From the IMG/VR virus record IMGVR_UViG_3300005261_000064, positions 1-40,682 of that record: a stretch of DNA of 40,682 bases; one strand, written 5' to 3'. This document shows positions 16,383 through 26,228 of this stretch, piece after piece. Origin of the DNA: a virus (Duplodnaviria > Caudoviricetes). Both the position numbers and the translations under genes were made by a program. The stretch's first letter is position 1; every line of letters starts with the position of its first letter. The notes beneath the pieces were generated by a model. That model made no database searches. It was not told where the DNA came from and saw only the letters and a list, made by a program, of their open reading frames with translations.

Positions 16383-18144
16383 TCGTGTCGGGCAGTTCTG
16401 TGAGCAGGTGCTGTCTGGTGAGATCGTGGCCGGGCCCCATGTGCGCGCTGCTGTGCGTCGCCACCTGGATGATCGGGCCAATGGCGCAAGTCGTGGCCTG
16501 GTGTGGCGCCAAGATCTCGCCGATCGCGCGATGGGCTTTTTCCCGGATGTGCTGCGCCTCAACGGTGGCGAGTTCGAGGACAAGCCGTTTGTCCTGGCGC
16601 CCTGGCAGGCCTTCGTGGTGGGCAGCATCTTCGGCTGGTACACCGAGGACGGGTTTCGGCGCTTCTCGGTGGTGTACATCGAGACCGGCAAGGGCTCGGG
16701 CAAGAGCCCGTTGGTCGCTGGCATCGGCTTGTATGGCCTGGTGGCGGACAAGGAGCAGCGCGCCGAGATCTACGCGGCGGCCACGAAGCGCGACCAGGCA
16801 CAGATCCTGTTCCGCGATGCGGTCAGCATGGTGGATCTGTCGAAGAGCCTTAGCTCCAGGCTGGTCAAGTCGGGACGGGATGAGAAGGTTTGGAACCTTT
16901 TTTACCCCAACACCAACTCCTTTTTCAGGACGATCAGTGCGGATGATGGCCAGTCAGGCCCGCGTCCTCACATCGGTCTGATCGATGAGGTGCACGAGCA
17001 CAAGTCGGCCACTGTCGTGAACATGATGCTGGCGGGTCGAAAGAGCCGGCGCCGGGCCATGGTGGTGATGATCACCAACAGTGGCAGCGACAAAAACACG
17101 GTCTGCGGCCAGTACCACGAGCTGGGCGTGCGGGTGTGCGAGGGGAAAGAGGTCAACGACTCGGTCTTTGCCTTGATCTGCTCGCTCGACAAGGGCGATG
17201 ACCCGTTCAAGGACGAGTCGTGCTGGCCTAAGTCGAATCCGTCGCTTGATTTCAAGGCGCATGGTCAAACCGATGGCATTCCTGGTCGCAAGTACTTGCG
17301 TGACCAAGTGCGTGAGGCCAGGGGGCTGCCGGCCAAAGAGGCGGTGATCCGCCGGCTCAACTTCTGCGAGTGGACGCAGGCGACATCGCCCTGGATCGGG
17401 TGGGATGTGTGGTCGCAGGCCGAGGAACGGGTGCCGCTGCGCATGCTGCGCGGCCGTCCTGCCGTGGCGGGACTGGATCTTTCCAGCACTACCGACCTGA
17501 CCGCGTTCGTGATCCTGTTTTTCCCCACGGCTGACGATCCGCACTGGCGGCTGATGCCGTATTTCTGGATCCCGGATCACGAGCTGGAAGAGCGGGAGAA
17601 GCGCGACCGCGTGCCCTATGGCGTGTGGATCAAAGAGCGCTGGCTGGAGACCACGCCAGGGCGGGCGATCAGCAAGCTGTTCGTCCTGCGTCGACTGCGT
17701 GCCATCTGCGATTTCTTCAACATCCGCCGCATCGCCTACGACCGTTGGCGGATCGAGGATCTCAAGCAACTCATGGTTGAGCACTCGATCGAGCTTCCCG
17801 AGCTGGTTGGCTTTGGCCAGGGCTTCAACTCGATGGGGCCCGCGGTCGATGAGTTCGAGCGCCGTCTGTTGGGCATGGCTCCTGAGCTGGACGAGGACGG
17901 GGAGGTGATCGACGTCGAGGCGGTTGAGGTTGTGGAGACCCTTCGGCATGACGGCAATCCGGTGCTGACCTGGAACGCGGCCAACGCGGTGACGGTCAGC
18001 GATCCAGCCAACAACCGCAAGCCTGAAAAGTCGAAGTCCATCGGTCGTATCGACGGGATCGTTGGTGCGGTGATGGCTACCGGTATCAGCACCGGGGATG
18101 TGGGCAATGGCGTCTCAGTTTATGAAAAGGGTGTGGGCATATGA
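16357..18144 (+). CDS. terL: Terminase large subunit
   Basis: LAPWQAF, Walker A GKGSGKS, Walker B LIDEVHEH, GLDLSSTTDLTA nuclease, RIDGIVG. Confidence 0.96.
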   Translation: MPKTDISIDRVGQFCEQVLSGEIVAGPHVRAAVRRHLDDRANGASRGLVWRQDLADRAMGFFPDVLRLNGGEFEDKPFVLAPWQAFVVGSIFGWYTEDGFRRFSVVYIETGKGSGKSPLVAGIGLYGLVADKEQRAEIYAAATKRDQAQILFRDAVSMVDLSKSLSSRLVKSGRDEKVWNLFYPNTNSFFRTISADDGQSGPRPHIGLIDEVHEHKSATVVNMMLAGRKSRRRAMVVMITNSGSDKNTVCGQYHELGVRVCEGKEVNDSVFALICSLDKGDDPFKDESCWPKSNPSLDFKAHGQTDGIPGRKYLRDQVREARGLPAKEAVIRRLNFCEWTQATSPWIGWDVWSQAEERVPLRMLRGRPAVAGLDLSSTTDLTAFVILFFPTADDPHWRLMPYFWIPDHELEEREKRDRVPYGVWIKERWLETTPGRAISKLFVLRRLRAICDFFNIRRIAYDRWRIEDLKQLMVEHSIELPELVGFGQGFNSMGPAVDEFERRLLGMAPELDEDGEVIDVEAVEVVETLRHDGNPVLTWNAANAVTVSDPANNRKPEKSKSIGRIDGIVGAVMATGISTGDVGNGVSVYEKGVGI

Positions 18145-18329
18145 AGTCCCTGATGTATTTATCCATCGTGGCCGGCCTGCTGGGCTTTTGCCTGGTGGTT
18201 GCAGGCATCGCGCTGCTCAGCGTGCCCGCCGCGTTCATCGTGGCGGGCTGTCTGTTGATCGGCTATGCCTTCCTGGCGGACAGGGCTGCAGCTGCAGCCT
18301 CTGCTCGCGCACCTCAGTCAGGCGGTTGA
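18141..18329 (+). CDS. Small two-TM membrane protein between terL and portal
   Basis: Hydrophobic 62 aa; conserved position in HK97-like phages. Confidence 0.75.
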   Translation: MKSLMYLSIVAGLLGFCLVVAGIALLSVPAAFIVAGCLLIGYAFLADRAAAAASARAPQSGG

Positions 18330-18330
18330 C

Positions 18331-19608
18331 ATGTTTTTTTCTAGTTTGCTCGGTGGTGCCGGAACGGCTTCGGTGTCAGACCCAGGGCACGCGCTGTGGC
18401 GTGGCTTGATCGGGCGAGGGCGCAGCAGCTCGGGCGTTCGCGTGACGCCTGAGACAGCGATGGCCCTGCCGATCCTGCAGAACTGCGTGACGCTGCTCTC
18501 CGAGTCGCTCGCCCAGTTGCCCTGCGAGATCTATGAACGCCAAGAGGGCGGCCAGCGCGTGATCGCGTCGGACCATCCAGCGTATGACGTGCTGCGGTAT
18601 CAGCCCAACTCGTTTCAGACGCCTTTCGAGCGGCTGGATTTGCTGCAGAACGCTTGCGGTCTGCGTGGCAACGGGTACGAGTTCATCGAACGCCGTGAGG
18701 ATGGCAACATCAAGGCGCTGTGGCCGCTGTCGGTCGACAAAGTCACGGTACTCAAAGGGGCTGACCTGAGCCCTGTCTACCGGGTGGCTTCGGTCGGCGA
18801 TCCCCTGCCCATGCGCTTCATCCACCATGTGCGCTGGACCAGCATGAACGGCTATGTGGGCCTGTCGCCCATCGAGCTGCATGCCGACGCAATTGGGCTG
18901 GCCCAGGCCGTGCGGCAGTACACCGGCAAGTCGTTTGCCAACGGTGCCACGGTATCGGGCGTGATCGAGCGGCCGAAGGAATCCACCGCCATCACGGACC
19001 AGGGCACGATCGACAGAATCATTGATCAGTGGGGCGCCAAGTATGGCGGCATGGACAACGCCAAGAAGGTCGCCCTTCTGCAGGAGGGCATGACATTCAA
19101 GCCCATCTCGATGAGCAACGTCGATGCCGAGGTGGCGGCGATCCTGAAGCTGTCGGGCACGGATATCGCCCGGCTCTACAAGATCCCGCTGCCGATGGTC
19201 AACGACCTGGAGAAGGCCAACTACAACACCATCGAGCAGCTGCTCATCCAGTTCGTGGTGTTCGCCCTGCTGCCCTGGGCCAAGCGCCACGAGCAGTCGG
19301 CCATGCGCGATTTCTTGCTGCCTCAGGACCGCGCCAAGTACTTCATTGAGTTCAACCTGTCGGGCCTGCTGCGGGGCGACCAGAAGAGCCGCTACGAGGC
19401 CTACGCGATCGGGCGGCAATGGGGTTGGCTCTCGGTCAACGACATCCGGCGCTTGGAGAACTTGCCACCGGTGAAGGGGGGCGACATCTACCTGCAGCCT
19501 CTCAACATGATCGACCCCACCAAGGCCCAGCCGGATGGGAAGAACCCTGCTGTTCGGGCCCAGCTCGAAATGCAGCAGACCTACATCGAGGAGATCCTCA
19601 AATCATGA
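18331..19608 (+). CDS. Portal protein, HK97 family
   Basis: VTPETAM, LRGNGY, GLSPI, LLQEGMTF, LLRGDQKSRY, VNDIRRLENLPP. Confidence 0.96.
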   Translation: MFFSSLLGGAGTASVSDPGHALWRGLIGRGRSSSGVRVTPETAMALPILQNCVTLLSESLAQLPCEIYERQEGGQRVIASDHPAYDVLRYQPNSFQTPFERLDLLQNACGLRGNGYEFIERREDGNIKALWPLSVDKVTVLKGADLSPVYRVASVGDPLPMRFIHHVRWTSMNGYVGLSPIELHADAIGLAQAVRQYTGKSFANGATVSGVIERPKESTAITDQGTIDRIIDQWGAKYGGMDNAKKVALLQEGMTFKPISMSNVDAEVAAILKLSGTDIARLYKIPLPMVNDLEKANYNTIEQLLIQFVVFALLPWAKRHEQSAMRDFLLPQDRAKYFIEFNLSGLLRGDQKSRYEAYAIGRQWGWLSVNDIRRLENLPPVKGGDIYLQPLNMIDPTKAQPDGKNPAVRAQLEMQQTYIEEILKS

Positions 19609-20552
19609 AAAGTTACATCCGCGCTGCAGGCCTGCTGTTCAACCAGCCCCTGCTGATGACCCCTGACATGCTTGACATTGGGGTGCACTGGGCCAACCAG
19701 GTCATGGGCCTGAACATCATCAACCTCCCTTCAGCCCCGGCCGACCGGATGTGGCGTGACGATGATGGCCCTGACCCCCGCATCGCTGCCGAAGAGACCC
19801 GCCGGGCCAGCATTGCCAGCACCGGCGTTTCGGTGATCCCCGTTCACGGCCCTTTGGTCGCGCGAGGCGCCCACCTCAACGCCTGCGAGACCATGACCAG
19901 CTATGAGGGTCTGCGCAATGACCTTCGGGCGGCGGTCGCTGATCCGATGGTTGACCACATCGTGCTCGACATTGACAGCAACGGCGGCTCGGCCACGGGT
20001 GCATTCGAGTTGGCCTCTGACCTACGGGCGATGACCTTGCAAAAGCCAATCACCGGAATCGTCAACTTCTCGGCGTACAGCGGTGGTTACCTGATCGCCG
20101 CGGCTTGCTCCGATGTGGTGGTCAGCCGCACCAGCGGTGTGGGTTCCATCGGTGTGATCTCCAGCCACATGGACCGCTCCAAGCAGGCCGAGAAGATGGG
20201 CATCAAGGTCACTACCGTCTACGCCGGGGCCCACAAAAACGACCTCACGCCGAATGAGCCTCTGAGCGATCAGTCCCTGCAGGTGCTGACCGACCTGGTG
20301 CAGGAGAGCTATCAGCAGTTTGTGGAGGCCGTGGCCGAGTACCGAGGCATGACGGTTGAGCAGGTGCGTGCCACTGAGGCCGCTCTGTATCGCGGCCAGG
20401 CGGCTCTCGACAGCGGCCTGGCTGACCGAATGCAGTCCCCCCAGGATGCGATCGACAGCATCACGCGCTCGGTGGCCGAGGCCAGGGCGCAGCGCCAATC
20501 GGGTCGCGTGGCGGTGCGAGCCTCCGCCATGCAGATCCAGTCCCAAATCTGA
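19605..20552 (+). CDS. Prohead protease, S49 (SppA/ClpP-like) family
   Basis: LDIDSNGG, AYSGGYLIAA, GVGSIGV, YAGAHKND, GLADR. Confidence 0.92.
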   Translation: MKSYIRAAGLLFNQPLLMTPDMLDIGVHWANQVMGLNIINLPSAPADRMWRDDDGPDPRIAAEETRRASIASTGVSVIPVHGPLVARGAHLNACETMTSYEGLRNDLRAAVADPMVDHIVLDIDSNGGSATGAFELASDLRAMTLQKPITGIVNFSAYSGGYLIAAACSDVVVSRTSGVGSIGVISSHMDRSKQAEKMGIKVTTVYAGAHKNDLTPNEPLSDQSLQVLTDLVQESYQQFVEAVAEYRGMTVEQVRATEAALYRGQAALDSGLADRMQSPQDAIDSITRSVAEARAQRQSGRVAVRASAMQIQSQI

Positions 20553-20574
20553 CCGCGTTCGCGGCAGTCCACCC

Positions 20575-20599
20575 GCCCGCTTTCAGCGGGCATTTTTTT
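20575..20599 (+). terminator. Terminator-like hairpin before the capsid gene
   Basis: GCCCGCT-TTC-AGCGGGC-ATTTTTTT. Confidence 0.6.
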
Positions 20600-20615
20600 G
20601 TCTGAAGGAAAGACC

Positions 20616-21929
20616 ATGTCCCTCGTTCTCAAACTGCGAAGCGAACGCGCCCAGCTCAACACCGAGCTGCAAGCCATCGCGAAGAAGGAAGCCGACGGCA
20701 CCGCGCTGTCGGCCGAAGAGCTGGCCCGCTTCACCGAGCTGGAAGGCCAGATCAACAGCCTGACGTCCCAGATCGCCCGGGCCGAGTCCGCCGAGCGGGC
20801 CAACGCTGCCACGGCGGTTCCTGTCAACGAATCGGCCCAGGGCGTTACCGGCCCCCCGACTCACATTTCGGTGGTCGACAACCAGCCGCCTGGCGCCAAG
20901 ATGGCCCAGATGGTGCGCCTGCTGGCCGCCGCCCAGGGTAACCAGGCTTTGGCCGCCGACCTGGCTGCCAAGGGCGGGTTTGGCTCTGATGTGTCCATGG
21001 CCCTGTCGACCGTCACGGCCGGCGCTGGTGGTGTGTTGGTGCCGACGAACTTCTCTGCCGATGTGATCGAGAGCCTGCGTCCGGTGTCGGTGGTACGTCG
21101 CATGGGGGCCCGCTCCATCCCCCTGAACAACGGCAATCTCACCATGCCGCGCATCACTGGCAACACGGCCGTCACCTATCTCGGGACGGAAACCGATATC
21201 GCCACCACCGATATGACTTTCGGTGACCTCAAGTTGTCGGCGAAGAAGGCGGCGGCGATCGTTCCGATCTCGAACGACCTGCTTGCGATGTCTGGCGTGA
21301 ATCCGGGCATCGATCAATTGGTGACCAGCGATCTGACCGCCAGCATGGGCCTGTCGGAGGATTTGAATTTCTTGCGTGCGAACGGCACCGGTGCGCTGCC
21401 GAAGGGCCTGCGCTACTGGGCGCTGGCAGGCAACATCGTGCCGGCCCCGGCTGACCCTGACCTGCAGCAGGTCGACACCTACTTGTCGGGCCTGATGCTG
21501 CGCCTGGAGAACGCCAACGTGAGCATGGGTGCCTGCGGCTGGGTCATGGCCCCGCGCACCATTCGCTGGCTGGGCTCGCTGCGTGACGGCAATGGCAACA
21601 AGGCGTATCCCGAGATCGAGAAGGGTCAGCTCAAGGGCTACCCCTTCGCCCTGACGACTCAGATCCCGATCAACCTGGGCGTTGGCGCCAACGAGTCCGA
21701 GATCTACTTTGTGAACTTCGCCGATATCTACATCGGCGAAGACACCAACCTGGTGGTCTCCTACTCGGCCGAGGCCTCCTACAAGGATGGCGCTGGCAAT
21801 ACCGTGAGCGCTTTCCAGCGCGACCAGACCCTGGTGCGCGTCATTGCCAAGCACGACATCGGCCCGCGCCACGTCGAAAGCATCGTTGTCGGCACCGCTG
21901 TGAAGTGGGGCTCGACCATGCTGAGCTGA
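20616..21929 (+). CDS. Major capsid protein, HK97 family
   Basis: N-terminal coiled-coil delta domain, AGGVLVPTNF, LKGYPF, SAFQRDQTLVRVIAKHD. Confidence 0.96.
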   Translation: MSLVLKLRSERAQLNTELQAIAKKEADGTALSAEELARFTELEGQINSLTSQIARAESAERANAATAVPVNESAQGVTGPPTHISVVDNQPPGAKMAQMVRLLAAAQGNQALAADLAAKGGFGSDVSMALSTVTAGAGGVLVPTNFSADVIESLRPVSVVRRMGARSIPLNNGNLTMPRITGNTAVTYLGTETDIATTDMTFGDLKLSAKKAAAIVPISNDLLAMSGVNPGIDQLVTSDLTASMGLSEDLNFLRANGTGALPKGLRYWALAGNIVPAPADPDLQQVDTYLSGLMLRLENANVSMGACGWVMAPRTIRWLGSLRDGNGNKAYPEIEKGQLKGYPFALTTQIPINLGVGANESEIYFVNFADIYIGEDTNLVVSYSAEASYKDGAGNTVSAFQRDQTLVRVIAKHDIGPRHVESIVVGTAVKWGSTMLS

Positions 21930-21999
21930 CCTGGTCAGCTCCGAGGCGCCCGCCTGAGGCGGGCTGCCTTCCTCAGTTTCAAACTCACCTGGAGGTGCC

Positions 22000-22401
22000 A
22001 TGAGCACTCAACAATTGATCATTCTGGAGTTCGTGAAGAGCTGGCGAGGCTACGGCGAACGCGAGATCGCTGGCTTCGATGTCGCCACCGCAAAGGCTCT
22101 GATCGACGGCAAGGTCGCGATCGAGTACAAGAAGGCCGCAGCACCTGCCGCCGCGCCTGCCTCCGCTCCGGCGCGACAGCCCCGGGCGACCTCGGGCAAG
22201 AAAGCGGGCGCCGGCAGTGCCGAATCCAATGCGGGCCAGGCCTCGCAGTCCACCAGCGAGCCTGAAGGCGGCCCGGGCGCCGATGGTTCAGCAGAATCCT
22301 CGACCTCTTCGCCTGCCGACCCCCAGCCCCCGGCTGACGCCGGCCCGGCGGATGAAAAGGCTGATGCGGGTGCTGGTGGCGCTGACGACGACCGCCCGTA
22401 A
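22000..22401 (+). CDS. Capsid-adjacent small protein with Ala/Pro/Ser-rich tail
   Basis: FVKSWRGYGEREIAGFDVATAKALIDGKVA domain; GGAGG RBS. Confidence 0.75.
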   Translation: MSTQQLIILEFVKSWRGYGEREIAGFDVATAKALIDGKVAIEYKKAAAPAAAPASAPARQPRATSGKKAGAGSAESNAGQASQSTSEPEGGPGADGSAESSTSSPADPQPPADAGPADEKADAGAGGADDDRP

Positions 22402-22404
22402 GCC

Positions 22405-22959
22405 ATGGCACGTCGAATCCAGTACATCGACACGCCGCCCCTCGTGGCGGCCGATCTGGCGGCCTGGATGAAGATCGATGACGTTGACATGCAGGGCAGC
22501 CTGGTGGACGCAGTGATCTTGCCGGGGGTGATCGCCCAGTGCGAAGCCAAGACGGGGGCCGCCATCCGTACCGCGCAGTTTTCTGAGTCGTGGGATGCCC
22601 ACCGGCTCTCGGGCTCGGCGCTCGATGTGGGGCAGGCCTTCGCGATCGACCGCATCGAATACCGAGACACCAGTGGCGCGTCTCATGTGCTTGATGAGGC
22701 TGCTGCAGAGATCCAGCGAGAGCAGCGCGAGTCCTATCTGCACTTCCTCTCGGGGCGACCGGACGGCAGATTGCTGATCGAATACCGGGCTGGTCTTGAC
22801 CTGGACGCGTACCCATCGGTGCGCACCTGGTTGCTGATGCAGGCCGCCACGATCTACGGTCAACGCGAGACCTTGATCACGGGTCAAACGGTGGCCGAGC
22901 TGCCCTCGACATTCATCGATTCCCTGCTGGCCGAGATCACCGTGCCACCTCGGTTTTAG
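22405..22959 (+). CDS. Head-tail connector (gp6-like)
   Basis: Position and ...WLLMQAATIYGQRE...FIDSLL motif. Confidence 0.8.
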   Translation: MARRIQYIDTPPLVAADLAAWMKIDDVDMQGSLVDAVILPGVIAQCEAKTGAAIRTAQFSESWDAHRLSGSALDVGQAFAIDRIEYRDTSGASHVLDEAAAEIQREQRESYLHFLSGRPDGRLLIEYRAGLDLDAYPSVRTWLLMQAATIYGQRETLITGQTVAELPSTFIDSLLAEITVPPRF

Positions 22960-22967
22960 GAGGCTGC

Positions 22968-23306
22968 ATGCTGCACACGGGCAAGCTTGATCGGCGCATC
23001 GTGATCGAGGCACCGGCGCGCGTCAAAGGCGCTGCAGGCGGGCATACCGCCACCTGGTCTCCAGTGGGATCGCCGTTGTTTGCCGCCGTGCGGAACCTGA
23101 GCGGTTCAGAGCGGCGCCTGACGAAACAGGGCGGCCAGGTGGCGGAAGAGCGCACCGAGTTCACCGTCCACTACCGGGAGGGCATCACGGCTGAGATGCG
23201 CGTGGTCTACCGGGGGCGCTTTTACAACATCCGCCACGTCAACAACTTCAAGGAAGCCGATCGCTTCTTGATCCTGACGTGCGACACGGGACTCAACAAT
23301 GGCTAG
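22968..23306 (+). CDS. Head closure / head-tail adaptor protein
   Basis: GKLDRRIVIE...YREGITAEMRVVYRGRFYNI. Confidence 0.9.
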   Translation: MLHTGKLDRRIVIEAPARVKGAAGGHTATWSPVGSPLFAAVRNLSGSERRLTKQGGQVAEERTEFTVHYREGITAEMRVVYRGRFYNIRHVNNFKEADRFLILTCDTGLNNG

Positions 23307-23781
23307 CGATACCGTCGACACCTCGGAGCTGTCAGCAGGCTTCAAGCGCCTGCAGGACGAAGCCCCTCGGGTCGCCCGCCGCATGGTGGTCGCCGGCGGC
23401 GGTGTCCTGCGCAAGCAGGCCCGCGCCAATGCCACGGCCCTGGGCCTGAAAAAGACCGGCGCGCTGATCAAGAACATCGTGATCAAGCGCGAGTCGCAGG
23501 CCGGGCCCGGCATCGAGCAGGTCAACCTGGGCGTGCGTCATGGCCGAGACCTCACGAAGAAGCAAAAGAGCTTCAACCGCCTGGTGGTGACAGCCAAAGG
23601 CCGGATCGTGAAGCGCTACGTTGATGACCCGTTTTACTGGCACTTCCTGGAGTTCACGACCAAGCGCCGTACGGGCACGCCATACCTCACCCCCACGCTG
23701 GACCAGCAAGGGGCTGCTGCGATCGAGGCCATGGGCAACGTGCTGACCAAGGAAATCGAAAAGCAAGGGGGTTCCTCATGA
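23299..23781 (+). CDS. HK97 gp10-family neck protein
   Basis: KTGALIKNI...FYWHFLEF...PYLTP. Confidence 0.85.
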   Translation: MASDTVDTSELSAGFKRLQDEAPRVARRMVVAGGGVLRKQARANATALGLKKTGALIKNIVIKRESQAGPGIEQVNLGVRHGRDLTKKQKSFNRLVVTAKGRIVKRYVDDPFYWHFLEFTTKRRTGTPYLTPTLDQQGAAAIEAMGNVLTKEIEKQGGSS

Positions 23782-24128
23782 CCACCAGCATTCGGGCCAC
23801 CGTCAGCACGGCGCTCAGCTCGGTTCTGACCAATAGCTGGCTCAGCGAGCTGCCGCCCATTCCGGTCTGGCCGGCCATCACCTTCGAGATCGACTCGGAT
23901 CCCGAGCCTGGTTGGGTGATTGGCGCGAACTACATGGCGCACGACGTCAATGTCGTGATCCTGTCGCCCAACGCCGATGAGCTGGAAGCCCTGGAGCCTC
24001 TGGTGCGCAACGCGCTCTCCAGCCTGCCCTCGTTTCAGTACGAGGAGGGTTCGGGAGATGCCGACTACGAGCCCGATCCCCAGGTTTACGGGCGATTCAT
24101 CAACGTGAGATTGCGCACACGGGGCTGA
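23778..24128 (+). CDS. Tail completion/terminator protein
   Basis: Position before the tail tube; WPAITF motif, acidic 116 aa. Confidence 0.7.
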   Translation: MTTSIRATVSTALSSVLTNSWLSELPPIPVWPAITFEIDSDPEPGWVIGANYMAHDVNVVILSPNADELEALEPLVRNALSSLPSFQYEEGSGDADYEPDPQVYGRFINVRLRTRG

Positions 24129-24149
24129 GCGGCCCGGCGCAAACCCCGC

Positions 24150-24185
24150 ATGGCGGCCCCGAATCGGGCCGCCATTCGTTTTTTT
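24150..24185 (+). terminator. Intrinsic terminator-like hairpin
   Basis: ATGGCGGCCC-CGAATC-GGGCCGCCAT then a T-tract. Confidence 0.6.
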
Positions 24186-24204
24186 AACCCTGAGGAATAC
24201 CGAC

Positions 24205-24417
24205 ATGGCCAAGACCTCCGTCAGCGACTCCAGCGCCACGGGCGCAGACAACCAAAACACTTCTGTGCAGACGTCTGCACAGCCCGACCCTGCGCCGGCT
24301 CTGCCGTCCTGGATCACCGATGAGCATGCCGGCATCGGTGGTGACTACGAACTCGACCCCGCCACGGGCAAACGCACCCGGGTCGGCGGCGCCGATCTGC
24401 CCCCCGCCGTTGCCTGA
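24205..24417 (+). CDS. Small hypothetical protein (70 aa)
   Basis: GAGG RBS; DEHAGIGGDYELDPATGKRTRV motif; lies before the tail tube gene. Confidence 0.7.
   Translation: MAKTSVSDSSATGADNQNTSVQTSAQPDPAPALPSWITDEHAGIGGDYELDPATGKRTRVGGADLPPAVA
24265..24280. repeat. Perfect 16-bp palindrome GTGCAGACGTCTGCAC (parS-like)
   Basis: Extends to 20 bp (CT...AG, 24263-24282). Confidence 0.9.
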
Positions 24418-24455
24418 TCCCCAGGCATTCATCCACTCTGAACCTTGAGGTCGAT

Positions 24456-25391
24456 ATGTCCAAAAGCATGAAGCAGATCCTGGTGCTCGCAGCGGTGCAA
24501 TCCGTGCGAGGCACTCCGGTCGTACCGGTGCCTGGCACCAATGCCATCCTGGCCCGGGCCACAACGCCCAGCCTGATCAACGCGGAATTTGTCGACCGCG
24601 CCTTGATCCGCCCGTACAAGGGCAGCAGCCCCCAGTTGGCTGTCGGTGTGCACCGCACCTTTGAATGCGAGGTGGAACTGGCTGGTTCTGGCGCTGCCGG
24701 CACCGTGCCCAAGTTTGACCCGCTGCTCAAGGCCTGCGGCTTTGCCTCCACCGTCACGGCAGGCACCTCGGTCGTGTACACCCCTGTCAGCACGGGTGAG
24801 CCGCTGCTAACTCTGTACTGTTACCTGGACGGCCTGCTGTTCACGATGACCGATACCAATGCCACGGTGTCGATCGAGCTGAACGCGAAGCAGATCCCTG
24901 TCATGAAGTTCAAATTCATGGGCAACTACGCTGATGCCACCGACGTCGGGATGCCGACCGGTGTGGTGTACACCGGCTTCACTCAGCCGGTGACCGTGGG
25001 TAAGGACAACACCCCGACCTTCACTGTGCATGGTGTGGCTGCCGCCTGCTCGGCCCTGAGCTTTGACCTGGCCGCGCAGCAGACCTACCGCGACATCATC
25101 GGCTTCAAGGGCGCCATCAGCCCTGACCGCAAGCCCGCTGGCAGCATGACCATCGAGCTGGACACCATCGCCTCCAAAAACTGGGGCCTGGCCGTCAAGC
25201 AGGGTGCTCAAGGGGCGCTGCAGTTGGTGCATGGCACATCCGTCGGGAACATCGTTCAGATCGATGCACCGGCCCTGCAGATCAGCAGCGCACCCACGAT
25301 CCAGGACCAGGACAGCGTCGCCATGCTGAGCATGAATTTCATGCTGCCGCCGTCGGCTGGCAATGATGAGCTGATCCTCACGTTCAAGTAA
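24456..25391 (+). CDS. Major tail tube protein
   Basis: Beta-rich 311 aa; EVELAGSGAAGTVP...LLKACG; GNDELILTF C-terminus. Confidence 0.85.
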   Translation: MSKSMKQILVLAAVQSVRGTPVVPVPGTNAILARATTPSLINAEFVDRALIRPYKGSSPQLAVGVHRTFECEVELAGSGAAGTVPKFDPLLKACGFASTVTAGTSVVYTPVSTGEPLLTLYCYLDGLLFTMTDTNATVSIELNAKQIPVMKFKFMGNYADATDVGMPTGVVYTGFTQPVTVGKDNTPTFTVHGVAAACSALSFDLAAQQTYRDIIGFKGAISPDRKPAGSMTIELDTIASKNWGLAVKQGAQGALQLVHGTSVGNIVQIDAPALQISSAPTIQDQDSVAMLSMNFMLPPSAGNDELILTFK

Positions 25392-25420
25392 GCCCACCCG
25401 GGGCATCCGGGCATCTCCTC

Positions 25421-25459
25421 AGGCCACTCCGCCACCCGGCGCAGTGGCCTTTTTGTTTT
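25421..25459 (+). terminator. Intrinsic terminator-like hairpin
   Basis: AGGCCACT...AGTGGCCT followed by TTTTGTTTT. Confidence 0.65.
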
Positions 25460-25489
25460 CCAACCTTCCAACCACTACGGAGTACCACC

Positions 25490-25816
25490 ATGGCAATGAA
25501 ACTGAACCAAAGCGGCAAATTCACCCGTCGCAACATCACCATCGAGATCGCTAACGAAAAGGGCCACTGGGAAAAGAACACGCTCGACGCCACCTATGAA
25601 AGCGCGGAGACCGATGAGCTTGACGAGTTGCGCGAACTGAAGCCGAAGGAAGTGCTCCAGCGCAAGCTGAAGGGTGTTGTCGGACTGCTCGATGACGACG
25701 GCAATGCAATCTCTTACACCGACGAGCACAAGCCGGGTCTCCTGGCGATCCCAGCCGCAGTTGTTGCCCTCAATCGCGCCTTCTGGGAGGGTGTGGTGCG
25801 GTCCCCAAAAGCCTGA
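25490..25816 (+). CDS. Tail assembly chaperone (gpG-like)
   Basis: Between tube and tape measure; ends with slippery heptamer C CCA AAA. Confidence 0.8.
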   Translation: MAMKLNQSGKFTRRNITIEIANEKGHWEKNTLDATYESAETDELDELRELKPKEVLQRKLKGVVGLLDDDGNAISYTDEHKPGLLAIPAAVVALNRAFWEGVVRSPKA

Positions 25817-26223
25817 TCGAGGCTGCGCAGTGGTGGGCCGGTAAGCGCCCTCCAAAGCCCGCGATGCGCCTGGAAAGCGGAATGCTGGAAGGGCTGCGTC
25901 TGTTAGGTGTGGGCCCTGATGGACTGGCGGCGGCTGAGGCCGAGGCCGCTGAGGCTGCAAGTGATTCCTCTGCCGAATTCCTGGTCGAGGCTCACACCTG
26001 GCCCACCGTGCAGGTCTTCCTGGAGCTGCAGCACCAGTGGGATCGCGCATTCATGCCCACGGGACAACTGGTGCTGATCAGCTTGCCTGCTGATCGCATC
26101 GCTGCCCACCTCGACAAAACCCAACCTCGCCGCCGGCATCGCCGGCTGATGCAAGAGCTGACCTTGATGTCAGCCGCGGCCATTGATGCCGAGCGCGAGA
26201 TCCAAGCAGCAAAGAAGGACTGA
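25804..26223 (+). CDS. Tail assembly chaperone gpT-like segment, reached by -1 frameshift (DUF1799-like)
   Basis: -1 frame is open from the slippery site (SLIEAAQWWAG...) through TWPTVQVFLELQHQW. Confidence 0.75.
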   Translation, partial: PKSLIEAAQWWAGKRPPKPAMRLESGMLEGLRLLGVGPDGLAAAEAEAAEAASDSSAEFLVEAHTWPTVQVFLELQHQWDRAFMPTGQLVLISLPADRIAAHLDKTQPRRRHRRLMQELTLMSAAAIDAEREIQAAKKD

Positions 26224-26228
26224 ATACC

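Noticed and set aside
16954-22007. Long minus-strand ORFs (16954-17949, 18376-19419, 20583-22007), and similar ones at 12026-13483, 26415-28448 and on the + strand at 3775-5037
   Set aside because: Antisense shadows of GC-rich genuine genes; no motifs or RBS
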